Part shown: piece by piece, positions 23,860 through 36,989 of the stretch | Layout of the letters: each line of letters starts with the position of its first letter | How positions within the stretch are numbered: the stretch's first letter is position 1 | Source: Octopus sinensis | Lineage: Eukaryota | NCBI RefSeq assembly: GCF_006345805.1 | Contig: NC_042998.1 | Coordinates: forward strand, 55,862,001-55,926,000 | Direction: 5' to 3' | DNA length: 64,000 bases | Translations under genes and position numbers: made by a program | The notes under the pieces: model-generated | Database searches by the model: none | The model's input: the letters and a program-made list of their open reading frames with translations, nothing else | What the model was told of the DNA's origin: nothing

Positions 23860-24381
23860 TATTCTAAGCACAAGGCCCGAAATTTTGGGGGAAGGGGCAC
23901 AGTCGATTAGTACCAGCTGCATACTGGTACGCAGCTGGTACTTAATTTATCACCCCCAAAAGAATGAAAGGCAAAGTCGACTTCAACGGAATTTGAACTC
24001 AGAACATAAAGACAGGCGAAATACCACTAAGCATTTAACCCAGGGTGCTAACGTTTCTTATTTCTTTATTGTCCACAAGGGGCTAAACATAGAGGGGACA
24101 AACAAGGACAGCCAAATGGATTAAGTCGATTACATCGACCCCCGTGAGTAACTGGTACTTAATTAATTGACCCCGAAAGGATGAGAGGCAAAGTCGACCT
24201 CGGCGGAATTTGAACTCAGAACGTAACGGCAGACGAAATATCCTAAACATTTCGCCCGTTGTGCATGTGAGTGTATGTATGTGTGTATATATTATACACA
24301 ATCTATATCATATCCTAAACATTTCGCCCGCTGTGCATGTGAGCGTATGTATGTGTGTATATATTATACACAATCTATATC

Positions 24382-24414
<33 letters not shown>

Positions 24415-24622
24415 TGATTTCAGATGTTGGCACAAGGCTAGCAATTTCGGAGGAGGAGGTAAGTTGATTACATCGACCCCGTGCTTAGCTGGTACCTATT
24501 TTATTGACCCCTGAAAGGAATGGAAGGTAAAATCAACCTCAGCTGAGTTTGAACTCAGAACGCAGAGATGGACGAAATGCTGCTAAGTGTTTTGCCCGGC
24601 GTGCTTACGATTCTGCCAGCAC
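23860..24622 (-). mobile_element. Family A SINE dimer (23860-24258) plus a further copy (24420-24622)
   Basis: Same central motif and GAACTCAGAAC head as 13390-14000. Confidence 0.85.
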
Positions 24623-24667
24623 TCAAACGTATCTATATCTGATGTATATTATGCATAAAATATAAAT

Positions 24668-24850
24668 CCACACAGCGGAAGACCATACATGTTTCAACAA
24701 GACTCGGCACCTTTCCGCACAGCCTATATAATCCCAAAATGAGTTCAGACATCCTTTACGATCAAGTAACAGCAAACTTCTGGCCTCCAAACTCGCCAGA
24801 TTTAAATCTTATGGACTACTACGTTTAGAGCGTTGTTGAATGGCTACCAA
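24668..24850 (+). pseudogene. DD37D (maT-like) transposase fragment
   Basis: GRPYMFQQDSAP...FWPPNSPDLNLMDYYV, homologous to 62028-62384. Confidence 0.75.
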
Positions 24851-25225
24851 TGGCTTCATTGAAAGTCGCTACTGTTCAGGTGTCTGAAATGAATACCATT
24901 TGGTATTGGCATGTCAACGATTTTTGACCGTCGTTGGAGTATTCATCGAAGCTGAAGACATATTCATATGAAGAACATGTGCATAAATATTTATTAAAAT
25001 ACGTTTGATTTTTGGTAGATTAGAATTGATTTGAATATCCAAATATGTCCTCGAATGTTTTTCACACCGTGTGTGTTTAAGCACACACACATATATGTGC
25101 ATATATATATATATGCGTGTGTGTGCATGAATAAACACACACATACACACATACATATAGATAGACAGATAGACAGACAGACAGATAATTAGATAGATAG
25201 GTAGATAGACAGACAGACAGATAAT

Positions 25226-25334
<109 letters not shown>

Positions 25335-25427
25335 TTTTGCTATAAATAAGCCTCTACAGTTGAACTGCTTCTTTTTATTTGCATGGTCAGCCAACGACAA
25401 AATGTCTCACTTATATATCCTATGTGA

Positions 25428-25494
<67 letters not shown>

Positions 25495-26546
25495 TGTGTG
25501 TGTGTCTGTGTGTGTTTGTGTGTGTGTCTCTGTGTGTGAGTGAGTGTACGTGTGTGTATCTGTATGAACGGGGAGGAATCTTTGTATGTGAATTATTGTG
25601 GATCCTCTAACATACCACTGGGATGAACGTGAAGTGCCATCCACATCGGATGGCCACTTTCTGTACATCCGTTGCAGTTGAACGTATTCTATGCTCAAGG
25701 AAGTGGTGACCAAAGTGGCTACTAAAGGCAGTCAAAACCCATGCTACACGACAGTTACATATGCTGTTTTATTGTTAGATTCATTCACAAATCTATTCCG
25801 ATTTGTATAAGCTTACTAGCATGATATGCCCGACGAAAACATCCATAGAGCAGTTTCTATACAATCTAGGTTCAACTCGAGATTATTATCATTTGTTATC
25901 AAATACACAGCTCATACAATTCTAAGAAAGGCTTGAACACCAATGCACTTCTTTTATTTATTTATCTATTTATTTATTTGCTTATTTATTTATTTACTTA
26001 TTTCGCTGTCTTTCCCTGAAATCGCAAACTTCGTGTCTGTGAATTATTGAGGGAAATGTTATCATTAACCAGACTAATTTGTCCCTGATATTCCACACTA
26101 ACAATTTGTTTACGAGAAACAGGATAATAAATACAACAGCCTTTGAATTATTCTGAAGTTATTTATCTTGTTTTGTAATATATTCCTATTCTATATAATC
26201 GGCCAAATGGCGCAGTTTGAATTAAATTTTTGGTTTCCATTAATACTTTTATATATCATTGATATGGATGTCACGTACAATATTTCATCAAATTAGCCGT
26301 ATTATATTTATAAAACTAGAAATTTTCTTATGCGTTTCGAAATTCAATATTAGTTACATAATTTGTCCAAGGAGTCTGCAGTCTTAATACAAAGATCAAG
26401 AGCATAGGTTTGGTTTCTTCCACAACATACGCACTCGCACGCTCACACACATATCTATAAACATATTTGTATACATTTATATACAGAGACAGACAGACAG
26501 ACGGAGACAAAGACAGACACACAGACACGCAAATAGATAGATAGAT

Positions 26547-26654
<108 letters not shown>

Positions 26655-26769
26655 CTTATATATACGTATATGCATACATATGACTATATATATATACATG
26701 CGTATTTTTATGCACATGTGCAAACACACATTCATACTATGCACACATTTCTATACTATCTGCATGTGT

Positions 26770-26846
<77 letters not shown>

Positions 26847-27390
26847 GTATGTATATATATGTATGTGCATATATGCATATGTATGTATGTATGTATGTAT
26901 CTACGTATGTGTATATATATGTATGTATATAAAATAAATAAATTTAGACAAATACGTATAATTCGATTAGTGTGTTTAAATGTTGAGCATTATCCTGATG
27001 GAAGAACACCTTTCGTCTTGAAGCCAAATAAAGTGACCCAAACTGGTGAGACGAAACATATGTTGTGCGTAGTAAAAGTCTAATACGAAATCTATCTGCT
27101 ACTATTAATCAATACTATATATATATATATATATACATATATGCATTATATATAACGTATCTTGACTTGGCTTCGCTGACGAAAATTAAGAAGGCTGTGG
27201 TCCACGTCGTCTACACGCTCGTTCGTGGCTGATAAGGCCGATGTGGGATCGACATATCCGATTGCAATGATGACAGAAGTACTAGGCTTCCATAGAATAA
27301 GTCCTGGGGTCGATTTGCTCGACTAAAGGCGGTGCTCTAGCATGGCCGCAGTCAAATGACTGAAACAAGTGAAAGAGTATATATGCATAT

Positions 27391-27436
<46 letters not shown>

Positions 27437-27439
27437 TTT

Positions 27440-27644
27440 TTGTCTGGGAGTGTAGCCATGGTGAGGTACCGCCTCCGAGAACTTTTATTCGAACGAATCG
27501 AACTTATTTTTGTATATTTAAGCCAACTACTTATTCTATCGGTCTCTTTGCCGGACCGCTAAGTTATGGGGAAGCAAACACGCCATCATCGTTCGTCAAG
27601 CGCGGTGGTGAGGAACAAACGCACGTGCACACACACACACACAC

Positions 27645-27686
<42 letters not shown>

Positions 27687-27850
27687 CATATGTACATGTC
27701 GGGCTTCTTTTGGTTTCCATCTATCAAGTCTATTCACAAGGTTTTAGTCTACCTGAGGCTATTTTAGAAGGTACTTTCCCAAAGCGTCGCATAGTGGAAC
27801 TGAACCCAGAACCCTGTTGTTGGGAAGCAAGCTTCTTACCACACAGCCAT
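27440..27850 (-). mobile_element. Family B SINE (CORE-like CTTGGGCAAGTGTCTT motif, internal microsatellite), degenerate
   Basis: Matches the intact family B copies at 58828-59225 and 61355-61766. Confidence 0.75.
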
Positions 27851-27953
27851 GCCTATATATTCATATGTATATGCTTATACACACTTGTATGTGTGTGTGG
27901 TACATATATATACATACATACATACTACATACATACATACATACATACATACA

Positions 27954-27984
<31 letters not shown>

Positions 27985-28113
27985 GTAGTCCCTGTATATG
28001 AGTGTCAGTATATGTTTGCGTGTTAACATTTTCTTGTATCCAATGATTTTATGTACTTATGTGCGTCTAGGCCTTTCTTTGAATTGTATTACATCTTAGA
28101 AAAGAAATCAGAA

Positions 28114-28197
<84 letters not shown>

Positions 28198-30090
28198 CGA
28201 CAAAAACGACACTTAAACCTCCATCTCAAAAGACACGTTACGCGGATAAAGTTTCTTAGCCATTAAGAAAAGCAAAATTGTAATCATAAGAAATATTATC
28301 TAATGTCTTCAAAGACCACGTTTTATATGAAAAAGAATACAACGGGTCTCCTTCAAATAACTAAGATTATTCAGCATGTTTTTTTTTTTTTGTTTTTTTC
28401 TTTTCATACACCACATGAAGGCGAGAGGAGAAAAGGCAAAATTATAGAAAATCTCTTAATGGCAAAGTATTATGTTGTTTTGTATTTCAACATCAACTTC
28501 GGTTGAAATAGACACAATTACACTAAACATTTGCAGTATTTGATTGCATGTAAAATACATTTTTGTTTTTCAAAGAAATATCTCAAAATTTATCCCAGGT
28601 TCTATATATGATGTTAGGCCTTCTGTAAGCTAATTTGGTCCCTAACGCTTACTTCAAAAGGCTACTTCTAAGGAGACGATATGCAATCGTGAAGGATATT
28701 TTCTTTAACGTGATCTCTTGCTTTATATCCAGTTGAACTGCTAACTTACTTTTTATACACAGGAATGTTTTCTGCCATAGCCAAGGTACTTTTGTAATGT
28801 CTAATGTGTTGTTAGGCTGCTTTAAATGTTATATGCATCAATGCAAGGATAACTTTTTTCTTGAATGAATGCTGCTGAAATTGGGGTTCGTCTAATATGA
28901 CCATACATCCTATATGCCATTAAATGCGGTAATTAAAAAATACTTACGAAATAAGATGATTATCCCCCACTTTTGCAGTGACCATCCTGTCTTTTTATAT
29001 TCAGGCACAATTTTGTCTAAGTGTTAGCTATATTATGGAACGTCTTCTGTTTTTAAGATGATAGCGTACGATTTGTGGGAAATTTCGCAGCTAATTTCTG
29101 AGCGTCGAGCAAACACGTAACGTCTCCTTCATTGGAATATTATAACATATATTTTGTTCTGGGTATTCGGTAACTGAGGCCTGCATCAATATGTAAAATA
29201 CCTAAGACACCAGGAACAAAAATTAAGACAAGAGTACAGTATAATTAAGTTTAAACTTTAAGAAACAAACAAGTGAAAGTTCAACGTATCGAAGTACACT
29301 TGAAGAATTTTTAGTCGAATGAACCAACTCCAGTACTTCGTCAATAAAAATCAAGGAAGAAAAAGAAGGTTCGTGAAAATAATAAAAAAAAATCCCATAA
29401 TATTGTCACCACAGCACTTTCTTTTCTTTGTCTGATTTTGAGTTTTTTTTTTGTTTTTTCTTTTTCTCAGAGAAAGACCTTTATTTTAGAAATATTGACT
29501 ACTCCGCCTTTTCTTCCTTTAAGTAAAAGTAAAATTAGCTACTTTGATTGCTTGGATTTGTTTGTATATTTTATGTTCTTGAAAGCTTTTTGTTGTAAAG
29601 TAAATCATAGGCTGTCTGTCGATATCAATGTCGGTCTTAGTTTGTATTGTATTGGGATTAACTTTGCCTTCCATTTTGTTTGTTATTGGTTATTTGATCA
29701 CCCCAAAGTTTGTTCTGATCGAGCAGCCATATGATCAAAGACGTTCTATCCAACGCCGTCCTCTAGTTTATTACTATTCTCTTAAATTCATCCTTCCTCT
29801 GAGAAAGTTTTATTTCTAGCCTCTAGAATAGAGGCTTATTTTATGGCTCGGCCTTTTGGAGTTGATCAGTTAAGTCATCATCTGCAATAACCAACTCGTA
29901 AAACGTAGGTAGTCGTTGCCGAACTTCGTGGAGATATTTTAAATTACATCAGTAGAATTTCCTTTATTCTCTCGAATCGCAGACACGACCATCTCGTAGT
30001 GTAGGATCACCTAAAATTATTTCACAGAGTCGGGTCTACCAATACCTTGATATAGAGCACTGTCGACAAATCTGAGAGAGAGAGAGAGGC

Positions 30091-30124
<34 letters not shown>

Positions 30125-30914
30125 GGGAGGTGGACAATAAAATCTAGTAATCAACTCCGAAGAGATGAAAAACAAAATTAACCTCACTGGAGTTTGAACT
30201 CGATGATGGGAGAAGAAACAAATACGACATGGCACTCTGTAGCACGCTCTAACCATTCTGCCAATTCGCCACTTTATAAAGTAATTACCAATAATATATA
30301 GGGCTCCATGTTATGCTTAGCCATGAGGGAAGGTCTCCAAGGTTTATGGAAAAGAGGCTAAATCCCCCTACTCTTTAAAATTTAGCCGTATTCTTAGTCC
30401 AAAGTAATCATTTTACCCCCTATGGTTAAAACTGTTTCATTTCACTTTACGCGTTAATGCTCTTGAGAAACAAGTAATAATAACATAATCTCCTTCTCAC
30501 TTAGCAATAAATCTAGCAATAAATATGGGAGCTTGCGCTGACGTCTTTTTTCTTTTAATTATTTCTAAGAAATAAGTGTTCTCTGATTCGTATAGTTATT
30601 CAGAGACTTATTCGCTTTAAGTATTGCTGTTGGGTGCGGAGTTCCAATTTTCCGTCTCCCACTTTATACATTTTTAAAAAAAATTCTTGTACTTTCCAAT
30701 TTCGAATTTTCTTGGATCTTAATCTGTTAGATAATATATAATACGTACACGTGTGTGTGTGTGTGTACTCACACTCACACAGGCATACGCACGCACACAC
30801 ATACGCATAAGCACATATACACGTATATGTATGTATGTATGTATGTAGTATGTATGTATGTATGTATGTATGTATGTATGTATGTATATGCACACACACA
30901 CGCACATTCAAATG

Positions 30915-31340
30915 AGGATTGTCCTGAAAGTAATGAAAAAGAGAGCATTTTTTTAATTAACGTATACTAGTTGTTCATATTGCATATGCTGATAAAGTAA
31001 CCCATTCTCTTTGGGAATTTTTCGTTCTATTCTTCATTGCAGGAGAATAACGATTTCCAAGAGCAAGCAACGTGCCGTCATTAAGTTCGATATCTACAGA
31101 AACGTACAGGTTGTTTATGAAGATGACACCATTAAGAAGAGTAATGTACACATTTGGATGAAAAAATTTCAAGACGAAAGCAGTATTGAAGGGCATCTTT
31201 GAAGACAAAGATTTGATGACTCAGCCGATGTGAAAGCGGCTGTGAAGTGAACACAACAGTGTATTCTTGAATTTTTCAAAGAGAATTCGAGAGTTAATAT
31301 CCGCAAATGCATCGCTTACAATGGAAACTATATTAAATAG
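30915..31340 (+). mobile_element. Internally deleted mariner relic
   Basis: TIR-like GAGGATTGTCCTGAAAGTAATG. N-terminal RAVIKF...VYEDDTIKKSNVHIWMKKFQ is joined to a C-terminal RFDDSADVKAAVK...KCIAYNGNYIK*. Confidence 0.7.
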
Positions 31341-31599
31341 ACCCATTGCATAGAGGATCTGTTACTCTGCCAACATTTGCAATTTGAGAGACCTATGACA
31401 GTCAAGACATAAAGTTATGCCCCGTTTGGTATTACTTTCGGTATAACCCTCATGTTTAGTATTAACTAGTGATCTTGTTGTTTTCCACTTCTTTTATACT
31501 AGATCTAAACTTCACAGTTGTGTATTTCGTCATCGAATTGCCTCCAGCGATTTTGAACCTTGTAAACAACAAAAGAAATCAGATTAAATGATCATTTAT

Positions 31600-31800
31600 T
31601 GAAACATCGCGGAAGCTGAAGTAACTGGCACCGTTCTCAAAAAACATGAAGGGGTGACAGGAGCAAAAATTAACCCGAGCAAGTCGGCGAGATAACAACT
31701 GAGCACCTGGAGAGGCATGACCGATGAAGCGGTTAATTCGTATATGAAAGCGAAGCTTTCCACTGACCCGGTGATCCAGCTTGCTGACTAACAATATTTG
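31600..31800 (+). pseudogene. Highly degenerate L1/Tx1-like RT fragment
   Basis: Conceptual KKHEGVTGAKINPSKS..*QLSTWRG resembles the Tx1-type YE..TGAKIN..KS motif. The fragment is short and decayed. Confidence 0.35.
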
Positions 31801-32075
31801 CACAGAGGACTGGATGTAGTGTGTCCGATAATGGACAAACATGCATCGAGGTTGTTGTAACTACAGATTCCTAGACAGTGAACCGTTAATCAGGAATATT
31901 TTCCAGCTGTTGGATGGATGTTGACTCTACTGAGTTCATTCGTCCTATGGCAGGTTTTGTTTTTCAACCTGCATGATGCCCAACGAAAACCACCGTCTTT
32001 ACCCAGAAAGCTTAATAAGGTTACACGCTACCAGTGGCACTAAAAATGGACCTGACATGTACATACATACATACA

Positions 32076-32107
<32 letters not shown>

Positions 32108-32352
32108 CTACATACATACATACATACATACATATAGGCAGACAGGCAGGCGGACAGACAGGCTGATTGACAGACATAGGTATGCAGCTTTATATATCAA
32201 AATCTTCTATAAGCTAAGCTAACAGTGGACACGTATTTAACGATAGTCTTTTGCCCAAATAAATACCTTCAGTTACTTAGGGGCAAAACTGTGGTCTACA
32301 ACTTGGAGCAAACATACAGATATAAATACACATCTGCACGCACACACTCAGA

Positions 32353-32400
<48 letters not shown>

Positions 32401-32452
32401 TATATACATACATATATATATTTATATACATATATATATATACTCATACTTA

Positions 32453-32485
32453 CTAGCAAACTAACTCGTCCTTTGGATGGTTTAA
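32453..32485 (-). mobile_element. Probable Helitron 3' terminus (extent of the element not determined)
   Basis: A|CTAG at 32452-32456 followed by the hairpin CTCGTCC-TTT-GGATGG, the same layout as the other Helitron ends in reverse. Confidence 0.45.
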
Positions 32486-33172
32486 GCTGCTTTGTTGGAA
32501 TTTTTTCACTAAATAATTGAACTACCTAGAAGGTTTATGAGTAGCGCGGCAATCTATGTTTCCGATTAACCTAGGAACGGTAAATGAAATTGAAGGCTGG
32601 TTATTGTGGTGGTCGTTGCATTTTAATGATCATTGAACATATAAGTTTGCAAGCGATGTAAAGTAGAGCTACTGAAGTGTTTCGAGAGTAGATTATGGAT
32701 AATGACTACAAAATATAGTTGTTTTACATGAAAGCGAAATTTCTTGTCAGAAATAACCACATAAATGGTGTAAGGAAATTGAACGAAGATGTTAAAACTT
32801 CCCTTCTGCGAGTTTAGTTTATTCAACAGCAAAGGGAGCTTTTTTTCGGAGAGCAGTATGATCTGTACGTTCAAAAATGGCAATATAATACATACTTGAA
32901 AAAGTAGAGTTAAAGGAATGTATTTTGCTACGTGCTAACAGTGTACAACCACTCTGAAATTGACTTCAGGTAATAAAAAATGAAGACATGAAAAGTTTGA
33001 CTTCAGTTCACGAATACTGCTTTGAATCTTTAGCAGTTCGCACTGAAAAGATGCCGCGTTCGAAATATCATAATGGACGGGTAAATAAGCATCCTTAAAG
33101 TGAAACAACGCTTTGGTAGGTAAACAAATGTATTAACAAATAGAAGAGAGCGAAGGGAACATCACCTTTCAA

Positions 33173-33315
33173 TTTACATTATTTTTTGATGAAGGCTGGA
33201 GGGTATATCAGCCGAAACGTTGTGTTAACAACAAACAAGATGAGGACAAATATCCGTCAATTGTAAATAATGTAAATAATGTACATAATTCCTCATCTCT
33301 TAAATATAGAACTGT
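33173..33315 (+). mobile_element. 5'-truncated Penelope-type terminus with short inverted 5' segment, 12-bp TSD ATCACCTTTCAA
   Basis: TSD at 33161-33172 and 33316-33327. 33173-33185 is the reverse complement of the internal AAATAATGTAAA. Hammerhead-like remnant at 33186-33226. Confidence 0.8.
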
Positions 33316-33454
33316 ATCACCTTTCAAGTAACTCAGAATAGATAAAGGTAAGCTTGCCAAAGTTTAATGCAGTTTAAATATAGAGATTAAGATTGTTTGG
33401 TATTGGATATTCATCGCTTACAGTCATTATACACACACATACTGCGATCTATAT

Positions 33455-33494
<40 letters not shown>

Positions 33495-33600
33495 TACAGT
33501 ATCTCACAGAAGTATGGACACCCCTAAAAATTTCAGTAAAATTGCCATTACTCTGATAATATCGAAGGAAATCAAATGAAATTTATACTGAATAAAATAC
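33495..33600 (+). mobile_element. Tc1-type TIR fragment
   Basis: TA|CAGTATCTCACAGAAGTATGGACACCCCT. Confidence 0.5.
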
Positions 33601-33734
33601 ATTATACATGTATTACAGAAATATTTTAGGGGTAATTATCAACCAGATGAAATTGCAAAGATAATCTGGAACTCGACTGAGGAAAGAAAACTCCGAATGA
33701 CCTGTCCTTGTTTTCTTTGTATCGTCTATCTGGA

Positions 33735-35434
33735 TGATTTGCTAGATAAAGCCCTCATCTTCGCTAGCGACTTCATAGAAATTAGTACCAATGATAAGGA
33801 CATAATCTTCCATGCTAGAAAGACATTACTTTTCAGTGAGAACGCAAAGTGGGTAAAAAACACCGACACAGAGGGCGCTTTCGATGTGAGCATGGGTTCA
33901 TATGATGGGGCAGGCATCTGTGATCTAATTGGACTTTTTCTCCTAGATACCTTAGGTAAGACATTCCCTAACGTACATTTCGCCATCTACAAAGATGATG
34001 CCCTCGCCTTAACAGCTAATACAAATGGACCAGCACAAGATCGTTTTAGGAAGGATATTATCCAGTTAATGAAATACTTCGGACTTAGTATAACAATAGA
34101 TACTAACCTGACGGTTGTCAATTTCTTAGACGTTTCCTTAGATCTTAATAAGAATATTTATAAGCCTTATAGGAAGCCCAATGATAGACTAAGTTATATT
34201 AATGTAGGTTCATGCCATCCCCCTATAGTATTCAAAAATTTAGTTAAAAATATTAGTAAGAGGATTTCTAGCCTCTCCTCTGATGAGGACATCTTCAATA
34301 GCGTTGCCCCAGTTTATAATAAGGCTTTAAAAGATAGTGGTTTTAGCGAAAAAATAAAATATACACCTATCACTAGCCCAACAGTAAGGAAAAGGAATAA
34401 TAGAAATAGGAAGGTCATCTGGTTTACGCCCCCTTACTCACCCGAGGTGGCCTTCAATATAGGTAAATATTTCCTAGCACTGATAGATAGACATTTTCCA
34501 GTTAACCATACTTATAGGAAACTCTTCAATAGACACATTTAAAAATTAGTTTTAGTTCAACTACCAATTTTAAAAACATAATCAAACATAACATACAAAA
34601 AACACAACAAGAAAACAGCTGTTCATGCAGGAATAAAGAATTGTGCCCGCTAAATGGAGCTTGCATGTCCAAGACCATCATATATGAAGCTACCGTAAAC
34701 TCTATAACCACTAAAGACACCGTTTCGACGAAGAAATACGTGGGCCTTACAGAGGGTAATTTCAAGGCCAGGTCCAATAACCACACTTTGAGCTTTAGAC
34801 ACTGGAACAAAAGAAAAGCGACACAATTATCTAATCATATTTGGTCTTTAAGAGATAAAGGTGTCGATTATAACATACAATGGAAGATTTTGGCCAGATG
34901 TAAGCCCTATACCAACGGCAGCGGAAGGTGCGGTCTTTGCGACATGGAGAGATGGCTTATCTGGAAAAGCAGCTTAGACCCTACTACATGTCTAAATACA
35001 AGGACAGAGCTTTTCGGATCATGCCCACATGTGACTAAATTTCTGTTACGTTTTTGGTCCCCTAAAGAAAACAGATAGAACATGCTTTCTATGTTATGTC
35101 CCAAGAAGAATTGATATATTTTTATATATTTTTATATATTTATTATGAATTTTTATATAATTTTTATGACGAAAAATGCGAGCGATATATAAGTACGCAG
35201 GCAAGCAGAGTTATAACACAGTAATTTCCCTTTATTCAACGGTATTTTTTCATAGCGTTTTCAAATAGCCAGATAACCGAAGAGATGGTGTTGTGGATTT
35301 CCACTTCGGCATCTGAAACTCAGAGTTTTATCTTGACTACCGAGTAATGTAACATATTATTGTAGAGATAAATTTCCTCTATTTACTTAATATTGAGGTC
35401 TCTTTCTTTCTTTTGTTATCTTACCGTTTTATCA
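33735..35434 (+). mobile_element. 5'-truncated Penelope-like element (RT + GIY-YIG endonuclease) ending at (TA)n
   Basis: RT: FDVSMGSYDGA.ICDLIGLFLL, YKDD, VNFLDVSLDL, YKPYRKPN..L.YIN..S.HPP. GIY-YIG: CPLNGAC..IIYEATV...YVGLTEG.FK.R..NH..SF, C.LC..E. There is a stop/frameshift at ~34540. Confidence 0.95.
35271..35333 (+). ncRNA. Type I hammerhead-ribozyme-like motif in the Penelope 3' region (U4C variant)
   Basis: Stem I AGATAA/TTATCT, core CCGAAGA, stem II GATG...CATC with inner GTGG/CCAC, GAAA, stem III ACTC-A-GAGT, then U. Confidence 0.65.
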
Positions 35435-35543
<109 letters not shown>

Positions 35544-35626
35544 TTAGATTCAGATGAATATGATACTTAATTTAACGGCACCAGAATTTAATATGGTATT
35601 ATCTATATAATTCAAAATGAGGTGAT

Positions 35627-36171
35627 TATAACCAAACTAAGCAACAAGGATATCCAGAGGTAATGCAGTACGATCGTTTCATGCGACTCTATTTAATAGA
35701 ACAATGCAAACATTACATCAATTTTAAAAAAAAGCAATCTTCAGCTGCATAAAAATATAGAATTTAGTTAAATTCGAAGGACTCATTTGTATAATTTTCT
35801 TTTTATCCAAAATCAACAAGAGGATATGTAGATAGACAAAAAACATGTTTTATCAACAACATCCCGGTTGTAACTGAGATTTTTTCAAAAAGGACACTGC
35901 TTATCACTGATTATTTCTGTTATTCAGATTTACTGGTGGTTGATAAAACATGTTCTTTGTCTATCTACTTATTCTCTTGATGATTGTGGATAAAAAGAAA
36001 ATTATGCAAATGAGTCCTTCGAATTTAACTAAATTCTATATTTTTATGCACCTGAAGATTGCTCTACATTTTAAATTGATGTAATGCTTGCATTGTTCAA
36101 TTAAATGGAGTCGCATGAAACGATCGTGCTGCATTACCTTTGGATATCCTTGTTGCTTATTTTGATTATAT
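35627..36171. mobile_element. Foldback element/MITE with ~235-bp inverted arms and a ~75-bp spacer
   Basis: Left arm AAGCAACAAGGATATCCAGAGG...GTTTTATCAACAAC against the reverse complement of 35935-36171, with only scattered mismatches. A related end lies at 59606-59660. Confidence 0.9.
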
Positions 36172-36244
36172 ATACTCATACACACACACGCGCACACGCT
36201 GAACTCCACGCACGCACACATCCACACACATTCCCCCTCCTACA

Positions 36245-36520
36245 TTCCTTGTCTTTGACCATAACTCATCTGTCTTTGAAAACATCTTTCTTTACCCTTT
36301 CTACTTCCGGTCCTTCAAAATGTGACCTCGTGTGTACCGTTGGCGATTTTTTCCCTCTGTCTTTCCTTCTCTGGATCTTTCCTTCTCCTATGTTTCCGAC
36401 GAAGAGCTCCGCTCGAAACGTTAAACCCTCCTTCTTCCCTTCTTTCCTGAGCGTCCAATAATACTATATTTGTTCCACGTCCTCGCGTTGTTGTGTTTTT
36501 TTTGTGCTTTCTTGTTGGAT

Positions 36521-36524
<4 letters not shown>
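36245..36524 (+). mobile_element. Short non-autonomous Penelope-type terminus with hammerhead-like motif, ending at (TA)n
   Basis: Motif at 36392-36426. A second copy lies on the minus strand at 48572-48752. Confidence 0.7.
36392..36426 (+). ncRNA. Minimal type I hammerhead-like motif
   Basis: GTTT-CCGACGA-A-GAGC(TCC)GCTC-GAAAC-GTT-AAAC. Stem III is palindromic AACGTT with no loop. Confidence 0.65.
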
Positions 36525-36566
<42 letters not shown>

Positions 36567-36989
36567 TTATATATATAATATATATATTATATATATCAAG
36601 ATCTCCAGTTAGTTAACTAAATTTGATCAGAATATCTAGTGTTAGCTAGCTCCTAATATTTTCGTGAATCATTGCATTTAACTCTTACGTGGTTATTTCT
36701 GCTTATTAAAAAAAGCATTGGGAATAAGCAAACCCATATATTTATTACATAAATAAATGCTCAACATCCCTTTAAAAATAAATTATCAATTAAAATTTGT
36801 ATGTTTGTTCTTTTATTATGTCTAACAGATAAAGTCACAATCTACTTTCGAATAAAGAGGGAGTCTAGCAACAAAGTCTCCTTTATATCACATTTACTGT
36901 CTAAAAATAAGAAGGGACATGTTAGTTAATGTAGATCTGGAAAAATATAAGGAAGTCCTGTGTTGGAATACCTATATACCATTTACTTT

